Assembly (NCBI GenBank): GCA_964016885.1
Contig: CAXHJY010001211.1
Location: 1 to 64,000 of the forward strand
Origin: Eledone cirrhosa
Taxonomy: Eukaryota
Length of the DNA stretch: 64,000 bases
Direction of reading: 5' to 3'
The notes beneath the pieces are model-generated. The model was not told the origin of the DNA. It searched no databases and saw only the letters and a list, made by a program, of their open reading frames with translations. Below are positions 26,798-37,617 of the stretch, piece after piece. Position numbers and translations under genes: made by a program. Position 1 is the stretch's first letter. Every line of letters begins with the position of its first letter.

Positions 26798-29120
26798 ATG
26801 GAAAAACACTACCTGGATATGTCACTCAAAAACATACCAACCCAAGGTAGAAAGGAATATTTATTGAGCATGATTCAAAAAACTAATGAATTCATTCGAC
26901 GTGTCAGGTGGAAAACGCTCCACTATGATAGAAGCCGTATGAACTCAACATTAGAAAGTGGTGTAAACAACAAATTCGGTTTTAGGACTTGTAAAAACCC
27001 ACCCACCAACCCACTATTAGATGCATTTGAGCAGGACCTTATGAACTTAATCCTTAAAATTAAATTCAAAGGACGCAACACCAACAGCAAATTACAGAAA
27101 GATATAAAAAAACTACTGGACGACCTTAAAAACACCAAAGGAATTGTAGTAAAAGCGGACAAAACATCAAACCTGTACACTATGGATTGCACTACATACA
27201 ACAACTTCATTCGAAAAGAATTACATAAAAAATATAGAAAAACGAGTGAAGTAACCCTTAAGCACATCAATGATGAGGCATGCGAAATAGTGAAAAATCT
27301 CGGAATCGAAGATAGGACAGGACCACTCTTACCGGCGGTACCCACCTTCAATCTTAAGGACCACAAGGTAAACTTTGATAATGACCCTAAAATAAGATTA
27401 ATCTGCCCCTCTAAATCAGATATAGGTAAAATAAGCAAATATATCTTAGATAGAATCATCCCCCAAATTAAGGCTAAGGTTAACATTAAACTCTGGGGGA
27501 AGACCCAAGAAGCAATAAGATGGTTTAATAGCATTAGCAATAAGAATAAATCTAAGTTTATCCAGTTTGATATCGATGAATATTACTCATCGATATCACC
27601 TGAAACTTTGAATAGAGCCATTAAGTTTGCTAAGGATAACTCTGACCTTACAAACGATGAAATTAAGATTATATTAGAAGCTAGGAAAACTATAGTCAAA
27701 TTTGAGAACAGTTATTGGGTACGTAAAGATAGACCCTCTAACTTTGACATAACAATGGGCTCTAACGATTCGGCGGAAATAACTGATATTGTGGGGTTAT
27801 TTATCGCCTTTAGACTCCAGGAAAAATTCAGCAATCTCCACGGCGGAATATACCGCGACGATGTTCTCCTCCTAGCTAAAAACCTTAATAACCAAAAACT
27901 AGAAAAACTACGCAAAGATATAAGAAAACTACTACTCGAAATAGGACTAACTATAACATATGAATACAACCTTAAAGTAGTTAACTTCCTGGATGTCACA
28001 CTCAATTTAAACTCTGGTTTGATTAAACCGTTTCATAAATTGAATGAAAATCTCAAATACGTAAATGTTGGGTCTAACCACCCCATCTCTATAATTAAAT
28101 CTATCCCTAAAAATATTTCCCTTAGAATCTCGGGTCTATCTTCTAACATACAAGTATTTAAGGAACACGCCGAGTACTACGATAACGCCCTTAGTAAAGC
28201 AGGCTACCTCAACAAAATAGAGTACATAGATGGGAACAATCAAAACACCCAAAATAAATCCCACATAGGTAGATATAATAACACAACACCAAACCACACT
28301 TACTACCATAGTATGCACACCAGTAAACCAACAAACAAAACTAATAGAAAGCGATGCAAAGAGTACTTATGGTATAACCCCGAATACAATAGCTCCATTA
28401 GTACAAATTTACCAGTACTCTTCTTTAAAATAATTAAAAGACATTTTCCCACATCACACAAATACCACAAAATCCTAAACCCTACCACTATAAGACTGTC
28501 ATACTCTACAGCGTTAAACCTTGAACAACACATAAAAAAGATCAATACTAGAAGGTTAAACGAAAACACTAAGAACTTAAGTACAAAGAACCCCCAAAAA
28601 ACAGTAGACAATACACTACAGAACATAAATAAACCACACCTAAGTTCGTCCGCAATACTACTCCAGAGAAAACCCAACGTACACAACTGTAACTGCACCT
28701 ATCCTGACAACTGCCCCCTCGGCAATAACTGCCTGGAAAAAAAATATTATTTATAAGTGTACCATTAAATCCGGAGGCAACGAGTGGTATTACGTGGGAT
28801 CAACGGCAACATCGTTTAAATCTCGATTGTATAGGCATTCTTACTCAATAAAACACCAGAGCCAAAGAAATGTAACAACTTTAGCAGAAAAAGCTTGGAC
28901 GCTCAGGGATAGCAATCAAAAGTTTACCCTAAAATGGGAAAAATTAGCTAAAACCCAAAGCTTTTCCAGGAGCCAAAATTTCTGCAAATTGTGTAATCTT
29001 GAGATTTATTACATAATCACACACAAGAAGAAACTGCTGAATAACAGAATTGAACGAACATTATTCTGCCGTCACAGAACTAAAACCCTTTTTTCCCACT
29101 ACAAGCCGAATATTACATAA
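26798..29120 (+). pseudogene. Penelope-like RT + GIY-YIG ORF with a +1 frameshift in an A8 run at 28737-28744 (possibly a consensus error, so possibly intact)
   Basis: Protein identical to copy 1 up to NNCLEK; copy 1 has A7 here; removing one A restores NIIYKCTIKSGGNEWYYVGSTAT...KPNIT*. Confidence 0.9.
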
Positions 29121-29437
29121 AAGAGGGACATCCCCCAACTATATAAACCTTAATCTAGTTAGAAAAATATAAAAACAATCTCTTCTCAACATATATTAAT
29201 AACCTTAAATTACCATACTAATAATGAAAAGATATGCTGATGAGAATAGGTACAAATATGCGATAATGAATGTGTCTAAAAACGTCCATAAGTATGTATA
29301 TATATGTGAAAATGTATATAAATAAGTAAATATATATATATGTTTGATGTGTATAGTTAGATGTAAGTGTATTCATGTATTAAAGTGCTTATATATATAT
29401 ATATATATGTGTGTATGTATATATGTGTGTGTGTGGG

Positions 29438-29486
<49 letters not shown>

Positions 29487-30070
29487 ATGTATATATATAT
29501 ATATATATGTGTATGTATGTATGTGTATGTGGATGTGTATGTATGCGTATGTGTGTACACATGGACTAGAGTATGTATGTATATATGTGTGTGTCTATAC
29601 GTGTGTATATATAAAGATAAGTTGAGTATGAAAATGTATACACATGAGCGCGTATGTATGTACATGAATACATGTGTGCATATATATGTGTATGCATGTG
29701 TATATATATGTAAGTATGAATATGTGAATTGTGAGTATATGTATTTTGTAGAGGTGTGCAAATATATTTGTGTGAATGCGTGGGTGAAAGAATACGTACA
29801 CTTGAAAGAAAAATTTAAGTCTGAATGTTAAGTGCAAACACAAAACCAACCACGCATATCTTTACTATCTCTAATCCTTCTATAGATTTAGAAAAATAAC
29901 CAATAATATATTCCATAAAAAATGTCAAAACAACAGATGGGAATCTAATTACTCACTGCCACCAAGAATTCTCACTGCTATCGAAAAACCACTCCTTCAA
30001 CTATTCTTCTAACAACTTCACCCCTCCCTCCTAATATTCTCTATAAAAACTAAATAGGTCCTCAGTAATA

Positions 30071-30187
30071 TTATTCTGATGAAATGACAGTAAATAATAA
30101 CATTGAAATATTGAATGTCTGCATAACTAAAAGTTTGTAGATAGCTGTTTTAGGTTATGTAACTGTTATAGAAACACGTGTCAATAA
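30071..30187 (+). ncRNA. Type I hammerhead ribozyme motif in the 3' pLTR of copy 2; predicted cleavage after C30182
   Basis: Stem I TTATT(30071-75)/AATAA(30183-87); core CTGATGA (30076-82); stem II ATGACAGT/ACTGTTAT; GAAA at 30171; stem III AC-ACGT-GT; GUC triplet. Confidence 0.85.
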
Positions 30188-30227
30188 ATTCCTTTCAACT
30201 AAACTGTATCCATTCAAATCTTTCTAT

Positions 30228-30252
30228 ATATATATGTATGTATGTATATATG

Positions 30253-30291
<39 letters not shown>

Positions 30292-30350
30292 GTATGTATA
30301 TATATATATATATATACATATATTTATATATATATATATATATACATATA
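30228..30350. repeat. (TA)n/(TATG)n microsatellite, right flank of the Penelope-like insertion
   Basis: Same TATG polarity as the left flank. Confidence 0.95.
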
Positions 30351-30351
30351 T

Positions 30352-30966
30352 TTCTGTCAGGTCACCAGTTGGTGCTACTGGTAACATGTATCCCAGTACA
30401 ACCTGTCCCATGGTCGGGTCGTTGGCGACTAAACTGGCAACCCCACCAAGGTTTCTTGGTGAGGAGGGTGACTTTGGACATCCTGCAGGACTAAAAACAA
30501 AACCTGTCAAAGGGCAAAGGAGCTCTTAAGAGTCAATGGCCATCCAAAATCACCGGGAGAGATGACCCCTTAGCCTTTGTCAAGGCATAATTCTAGGAGA
30601 AGGAAAACTCTGATATAACACCTGCAACCCTGATGGTATCCAATGATGTTGACTTGTTCTTCTTTTTGGTAAATATCATCTTGGTTAAGAGAGTGGGACT
30701 GGCTTTGTGCAGTGCCTTTGCTCACTATAAAAGCTTCACGGCACAGGCATTGCTTTATATCTGGAGATCTCTCTACACTTGTCGTCACATGGTACCATGG
30801 GCCCAGCACTATGTGTCAATAATTGTCACAGGTGTGGAGTGTTTGTACCAGAGTTTTCAAGTCGCTGGCTGGACTAAAAAGTCACACTCGTTCAGCACAT
30901 TGGTAGGGGTTCTCCTACATGGATATAAAGTAGTGGCCGTACTCGAAAACGAGTTGGCAGCCACCA
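30352..30966 (+). mobile_element. RTE-5'UTR-like non-autonomous repeat (~615 bp), longest copy in the window
   Basis: GGG..GGCAACCCC hairpin and CTAGGAGAAGGAAAACTCTGA motif typical of RTE LINE 5' regions; homologues at 15641, 20279 and 34720(-). Confidence 0.7.
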
Positions 30967-30967
30967 T

Positions 30968-31001
<34 letters not shown>

Positions 31002-31002
31002 G

Positions 31003-31041
<39 letters not shown>

Positions 31042-31053
31042 GTATGTATATAT

Positions 31054-31087
<34 letters not shown>

Positions 31088-31148
31088 GTATGTATATATA
31101 TATGTATGTATGTATATATATATATATGTATGTATGTATGTATGTATA
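30967..31148. repeat. (TA)n/(TATG)n microsatellite
   Basis: Direct reading. Confidence 0.95.
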
Positions 31149-31425
31149 CACGAGTGTGTGTTCTGGTTTTATAATTTTATATATTTTCACCAATAGAGAG
31201 CCAGATTCTAATATAGACGGGACTGTTTCATTTGAATTTAGATCACATCAACTAGGTAAATATATATGTATGGGTATGTGTGCAAGTATAGATATATATG
31301 TGTAGATCTACACGTGCATGCTTGTGAATTTACACGTGTAAATGCATATATTTGTGAAAGCAATATATGCATTCTTTTATTCTAATATTAAAATATAAAA
31401 TATGTAATAGTTTACTAAAGTAGTA

Positions 31426-31640
31426 AGAAACACTCAAGAGAGCTGGGCAGCAGTAAGTCTTTAGAGAAGAAACTCTCAGGACAGCTGGACAGCAGAAGGT
31501 CTTCAGTGAAGTAACTCTCAGGTGAGTTGGGCTGCAGGAGGTCTTTACAGAAGAAACTCTCAAGAGAGCTGGACAGCAGGAAGTCTTTAGAGAGGAAACT
31601 CTCAGGAAAGCTGGACAGTAGGTCTTCAGAAAAGAAACCC
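31426..31640. repeat. 42-bp tandem repeat, ~5 diverged copies
   Basis: GAAACTCTCAGGAGAGCTGGACAGCAGGAAGTCTTTAGAGAA-like unit; 14-aa periodicity in the minus-strand ORF. Confidence 0.85.
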
Positions 31641-31694
31641 CGCACAAGCCAGTGTTTCAGGGCGGGCGGTGTCATACCCGGTGACTGGTACACG

Positions 31695-32400
31695 CGTTAA
31701 TTGCTACAAGGGAAACGGTGACTCTTTAGAAAGGAACAACTATAGAGAAATAACACCAATAGACCAAGTGATGAAAGTGGCGGAAAGCTATTTGGGGAAA
31801 GTAAAGTTAGAGAAGATAGAGTTTGGTTTTGTGTCTGGGAGAATTACTACAGATTCCTTCTTATCCAAGAATAAACCGCTATAGTTAGTTTCTGTTGATC
31901 TAGAAAAAGCCTTTGACAGACTACTTTGGTCTAAGGAAACTAGGAGTAGAAGAGTGACTTGTGAGATCAGTGCAAGCTATGTACAGAGCAGTGAGCATAA
32001 GAAATGAGTTTGAGAAATTTAAGGTACAGTTAGGCGTTCACCATGTCTGAGCTCACTTCTGTTCATCAGAGTTCTCTGGGCCCTAACAAATGTGTTTAAG
32101 GTTAATTTTCTATAGGAACGCCTGTACACTGATAATGTGGTCGTCATAGATGGAACCATTGAAGAACTAGATATTAAGTTCCGACTGCTAAAACAGGATT
32201 TGGAATCAGAGTAAACCTAACCAAAACTAAAGCGTTATTTAGTAGGAAAGAAGATAGAGCACTGATTCCTTCATAGAAGTGACCCTATTCTATAGGAAGA
32301 AAAAAAGCACAAACTCTATGTACACAATATAAATATTGGGTACACAAGAGATCCAGTGGAGTAACAGGTAGACGAACAGGCAAGGAGGACTTTGTATATA
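31695..32400 (+). pseudogene. Decayed RTE-clade LINE reverse transcriptase fragment
   Basis: CYKGNGDSLERNNYREI..DQVMKV, FGFVSGR.TTD, VDLEKAFDR, GVH, LYTDNVV with stops and frameshifts. Confidence 0.85.
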
Positions 32401-32922
32401 GACGTTCCGGGTTAATATTAGCGACAAGCTGAACGAGGAGATCAGTAAGTCTCATACACACACAAGACACTACCTCGGTAAATTTATCTGAGAGTTTATT
32501 TTACTGTCTCGGTGCTTTGTGCAGGGATTTCTAAACGTTTCACTATCAAGGACCCTTTATATTTAAGTCAGTTAATTTAAAGAAGGGCGACATCGGTGTT
32601 TGACGGAATCGGAGGATCAATAGCTTAATGAGCGATAATTTAAGTCAACATTCGATGGTGTGAAACGTTTATACATTCTTCCTCCAGAGTAAACACAATG
32701 CTAAGAAAGTGCGACACCATGAATAAAATGACCAGGTGTATGTGGGCATAGTGCATAGCCACTACAACGATAAATACAAACAGGTAGGAGACTATATATA
32801 TCCGTATGTGGTTGACGGCTTCGAGAAAAGAGTACTCAATACCGATGTAAGGTTCTTGTCTGATGACCCTGTGATAAATATGTGACACTCCAGAGAAATA
32901 AGACTCGCTATTTAGCCTTAAT

Positions 32923-32959
<37 letters not shown>

Positions 32960-33037
32960 ACGAAGGAAGTGGGGGTAAGGAACCAGGTGGACCATAACGC
33001 ACCAGAGTACTCAATACTTTGGGTAGTAGAGTGGGTA

Positions 33038-33149
33038 ATAGGAAAAGTTCAGGATCCCGACGGCAGAGCTCAAGCCGTTTCGACGGCTAGTCCAGAAATA
33101 GTCATCGAAACGGCTTGAGCTCTGCCGTCGGGTCCTGAACTTTTCCTAT
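33038..33149. repeat. Near-perfect fold-back inverted repeat (~51-bp arms, 9-nt loop)
   Basis: ATAGGAAAAGTTCAGGA(T)CCCGACGGCAGAGCTCAAGCCGTTTCGA pairs with TCGAAACGGCTTGAGCTCTGCCGTCGGGTCCTGAACTTTTCCTAT. Confidence 0.95.
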
Positions 33150-33489
33150 ATATATATATGAAAAGATGGTTAAAATGTTTAGTTTACAACAGTTTCTGAA
33201 AAGTGTGATTGTATGGTACATGAAAGCAAGTGACTTGTGCTATTAAGGTAGCATGACAAATACTTTGTGTGTGTGTAAAGGAAAACTAGCGTTTAATCGG
33301 TTCTTCCAAACTAATATACTTGACAGTAATAATGGCAATCAAAACATGACCTTGAACTTGACATTATAAATATATATATTGACCTTGAACTTGACATTAT
33401 AAATATCTATATTAAACACATAGCGTATTCTTTGACTGGCTTCAGTCATTGGACTGCACCCTTTGTGGCATATAGATACGGTCCTTTTC

Positions 33490-33770
33490 CTTCTGAGTTC
33501 AAATCTGAGGTTAGTTATGCCTTTCATATTTACAGAATCAATAAGATAAAGTACCAGTAACGCACTGGGGTCGATTTAATTTACTTAGCCCTGCCACAAG
33601 ATTGTTGGCCATGTGACTAAATTAGAAACCATTATTTTACATTTATGGTCTGAGTTCAAATCTCGCCGAGGTTAACTTTGCCTTTCATCCTTACGGGGTC
33701 GATAAAATAAAGCACCAGTAATACACTGGGATAATTGCTGGCCTTGTGCCAAAAGTAGAAACAATTATTT
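33490..33770 (+). mobile_element. Two tandem SINE copies (33490-33640 and 33648-33770)
   Basis: CTGAGTTCAAATC B box, TTTGCCTTTCATCCTTACGGGGTCGATAAAATAAAGCACCAGT, GGCCTTGTGCCAAAAGTAGAAAC tail. Confidence 0.8.
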
Positions 33771-33825
33771 TACATACATTTGTATTAATGTAAAAATCGT
33801 TATTCGCTAATTTATCAGTACAAGA

Positions 33826-33883
33826 CAAAACCGGTTCAGTACAAGACAAAACCGGTTCAGTACAAGACAAAGTTCGGTTCAGT
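33826..33883. repeat. 21-bp tandem repeat (CAGTACAAGACAAAACCGGTT, ~2.7 copies)
   Basis: Direct reading. Confidence 0.8.
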
Positions 33884-34065
33884 AATCATTGATACTGTTT
33901 TACATTTTGAGTTCAAATCCCACCAAGGTAGGTTTGTTGTGTTGTTTCGTTACTTCAGAATTATTAAAATGAATAAAAGTAATATATTCTGTTTATGAAT
34001 TTGTACAATACCTGCATGGACGGCAAATTGAAAGTCGTTGGAACGTCGGATAGAATTCTCTACGC

Positions 34066-34276
34066 CAGGCATGTCAAACGGAGGGACCACATGGGTCACA
34101 TATGTGTTGTCTGAGGGCCACACACCACATCTAATTGCGCACATTACAACTAATCTTTTAAATATTTCATATTACAAAGATAAAACATGCTCGCGCTGTA
34201 AAAACCTTTGTGCGGACCACAGGTGCGTTTGTAAAGGGCCGCATCCGGCCCGCTGATAGCATGTTTGACATGCCTG
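34066..34276. mobile_element. hAT-superfamily (Charlie/Buster-like) MITE, 211 bp
   Basis: Perfect 14-bp TIR CAGGCATGTCAAAC/GTTTGACATGCCTG; 8-bp TSD CTCTACGC (34058-65) / CTATACGC (34277-84), one mismatch. Confidence 0.9.
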
Positions 34277-34719
34277 CTATACGCTATATGTACTGGCAAT
34301 CTGCCCTCCCTGAGTCCAAATCCCGCCATGGTGATGCCCCTCGACTCTAACAGGAGTTACGGGGTCCATACATATAATGGCTGCAACTCGATTTCGAGTA
34401 ATGCCATCGCTTGATACTTAAACATGAGCATCACAAACGTGGCGTTTTAGTCCAGCTAGGGACTTGCTTATGGCCAGCAATACCATGCATCACAATAAAT
34501 TTTACATATCAAGAGATGCCTGTGCTTGAAGCTTTTTTAAGTGAGGAAAGGCTTTGCACGGGGCCAATCCCACTCTCTGAACAGCGAATGTATTTACTTA
34601 AAAAGAAGAACTGGTCTGCATCATTGGATACAAATGAAGTCACGGGTTTTATATCAGTGACCTTCTTGTAGATGTCTTAATAACGTCTAGAAGTGTCTCA
34701 CTTTGCAAAAAACTACTTT

Positions 34720-34910
34720 CTTGGATGGCCCTTGACTCTTGAGTTTCTCCGCCCTTTGACAGGTTTGTTTTTCATCCAGCAGGGTGTTCAAAATCACCCT
34801 CCTCACCAAGCAAGCTTAGCGGGGTTGCCGGTTTAGTCGCCGACAATCCTACCATGCACAGGTTGTACTGGGTTTCATGTTACCAATAGCGCTGAAGAGC
34901 GACCTGACAT
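34720..34910 (-). mobile_element. RTE-5'UTR-like repeat, 5' part, reverse orientation
   Basis: Reverse complement of 30355-30547. Confidence 0.75.
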
Positions 34911-36109
34911 AAATACACAAATACTATCAACATGACGGAGAATCTTTACAGTATCAGGTTTATTATCCACACACAGCTGCGTACTTATGAAGTTCACTTC
35001 GGCATTATGTAGTTTCGGGTTCAATCCCACTGTGCACCACTTTGTATTCTCTCACAGCCCTGATACAAATGAAATTTAGGAGAAACCATTCCTTCTTGTG
35101 TTGTTGATTTAAATCATTGCCCTCTATGACATAACTTAGGTACCTTTAGCGGGGTTTATTGCAATCATTTAGGTTATGTCTCTGATCAGGAGATTTACTT
35201 ACTCCTATTTGTCTCACAGGCCCCTAAAACTCATCGATGTTGTCCTCCTTACTCTGACACAGTCATTAAAGAATGCTTCTGAGTTCAGTTCTCACCAGAA
35301 CCGACTTTTACCTTTCATAACTCCAACACGGTTAAATATTAATGATGTGTCAGATCACTCCGCTCTGCTCATCTACCTTTACTAAAATTACTCTTCTGCC
35401 AAGAGAAATAATTATTTGATATTTTATGTTACATTTTTCTTCTAAGTTTATTTCTTTGTGCTTAGAACTGTTTGATCTGTGAAAGGGAGAGAGTGAGTGT
35501 TTGTATTCTGAAATACTATTATTTGATAATAGGCCTCTTTTCTGGCGACAATAGTATTTGATTATTTTAGCTTGCTCATTTCCTGAAGATCACATGACTT
35601 CTGCCCTCCATGTTTAATGAGCAACCCCCACCTTCCGGGATTGACCAACTTTTCTTTCTGTTTCACTTTCCCCCTTTTTTTTTTCGTATTTCAACGGAAA
35701 CATCCGACGTAGTCTGCAATTAAACCCTCAGTTGTTCGCTCTGTTATTTGGCAATTAAAACACAATCTGAGGCGAGATGATTAATAATGGACTCTAATAG
35801 AAAAATTATCCTCTGTGTATAAAAGTAGCAATTAACTCATTCTACTCTAAAATATTTCATTTCGTTGTAATTGGTCAGATTTTAATATATTTCAATAGCA
35901 TTTTCAATGAGATATTATTATTCTTCGATCTTTTTCCGTGTTAACGATCGTTACATAATACAACAACACACAACATCCCCCACACACCCACACAACATGG
36001 GAGTGTCATATTGAGCGCTGTATTATGTTTGTTGATATCCAATAATTTTAACCATTTTTTTATAAATATTTTTTTGTAGTTCATTTTTTACTAGGTTTAT
36101 TAGTCACAT

Positions 36110-36149
36110 TCTCTCCCCTTTTCTCTCTCTCTCTTTTCTCTCTCTCTCT

Positions 36150-36188
<39 letters not shown>

Positions 36189-36220
36189 TTTTTCTCTCTC
36201 TCTCTTTCTCTCTCTCTCTC
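36110..36220. repeat. (CT)n microsatellite
   Basis: Direct reading. Confidence 0.93.
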
Positions 36221-36295
36221 ATGATTTCCCTTCTTTTCCTCGTCAGTTCTTTCTCACTATTTTCTCTGTTTTACCCACTCTCTATTTCAGTCTCA

Positions 36296-36588
36296 ATAGT
36301 TACCATTCATAGATTGATGTCCTTCCATAACTTTTCTATTTACGTCTATAGTTACCACTCATACATTGAGGTCCTTCCATACCTTTTCTATTTATGTCTA
36401 TAGTTACCACTCATACATTGATGTCCTTCCATACCTTGTCTATTAATATCATAGATTGATGTCCTTCCATACCTATTCTATTTATGTCTATAGTTACTTT
36501 TCATAGATTGATGTCCTTCCATAACTTTTCTATTAATGTCTATAGTTACCACTCATACATTGATGTCCTTCCGTACCTTGTCTATTAA
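36296..36588. repeat. ~52-bp tandem repeat (ATAGTTACCACTCATACATTGATGTCCTTCCATACCTTTTCTATTTATGTCT-like), ~6 copies
   Basis: Direct reading; one copy internally deleted. Confidence 0.85.
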
Positions 36589-36795
36589 ATTAGTCTATAT
36601 AGTCTCTATACGGTACTGCTCTGATATAGTTGTTTCAGAAATAGTTTGTTTTGTCATATCTACTTGGTTAACTCTGTCATTCGTGAATTTTGTAAAAAGG
36701 TTTGGAAACTAGGAAATTTGTCGAAGTCCTTCAGAGTTACTCTACCTAGTCATTTGACTTTCTAGAAATAGCATCTAAATCTCCATGAAATCACA

Positions 36796-36833
36796 CTAGC
36801 AGAAAAACCGCCCTTCGGGTGGTTTTCTGCTAG
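36796..36833. repeat. 38-bp palindrome resembling a Helitron 3' terminus on both strands
   Basis: CTAGCAGAAAAACCGCCC-TTC-GGGTGGTTTTCTGCTAG: GC hairpin followed by CTAG (CTAG|T on the minus strand). Confidence 0.6.
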
Positions 36834-37180
36834 CATGTGTAGTGTGTATATTGATATTATACGCAAGTATATATACATGTAGATATGATACATCAAATAA
36901 CATCGTAATTGACAATATACACAGAAATTGAACGAAGACTGCGTTACACTGTCTTATGTAATCAGTAACGTAATCCATGATACATTAAAAAAAGACGATA
37001 TTATATATAAACTGAATTAGGAGAAAATTAGTTACGGAAATATATGAATTAATATATTAAGCAATCGCTAACCGGAAGTGTTGACATTTGAACATTTAAA
37101 AGAAGTGAATCTTAAAATAAGCAACTAAATTATTTATATTTAATCAAGAATAACGAAATTTAGTAGATAAATTATGTAAT

Positions 37181-37617
37181 ACTTGACCTGAAAAATGCGC
37201 AAGCTCAAAAGAGCCACAGAATGTTAAAATAAACCTTCAAAAGTGTGGGACTAGAGTTGTTGCTCAAAAATATTGTAATCATTATCTATCGTACACTCTG
37301 TGGCATCCTTTTATAAAAAAAGAAACTCATAACGAACTCAAGACGACTCGATAATTATTTAAGCTAATGTTCAATATCTCATATTAGATGTTTAGTAAAG
37401 ATTAATACGAAATGCACTTAAACCAAATTCTATATTATAAATTCACTTAAATAATTATCGTGTCGTCTTGAGTTTCTTTTTTTATAAAAGGATGCCATAG
37501 AGTGTACGATAGATAATTATTACAATATTTTTGAGCAACAACTCTAGTCCCACACTTTTGAAAGTTTATTATAACATTCTGTGGCTCTTTTGTGCTTGCG
37601 CATTTTTCAGGTCTAGT
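37181..37617. repeat. Long inverted repeat (~175-180-bp arms, ~80-bp spacer); fold-back/MITE-like or paired Helitron ends
   Basis: 37181-37364 is the reverse complement of 37446-37617 with scattered mismatches and one short indel. Confidence 0.9.

Larger units (their letters stand above)
26557..30227 (+). mobile_element. Penelope-like element (Naiad-type), copy 2, inverted relative to copy 1, with ~77-bp terminal redundancy
   Basis: Reverse complement of ~21941-25632; 26557-26633 is repeated at 30151-30227; 3' end runs into TA microsatellite. Confidence 0.95.

Noticed and set aside
30352-30445. HDV-like ribozyme in the RTE-like 5' region (GACTAAA resembles J4/2)
   Set aside because: Could not build the nested double pseudoknot; variation among three copies fits a simple hairpin instead
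36806-36828. Rho-independent terminator-like hairpin plus T run
   Set aside because: Eukaryotic context; better explained as a Helitron-type terminal hairpin
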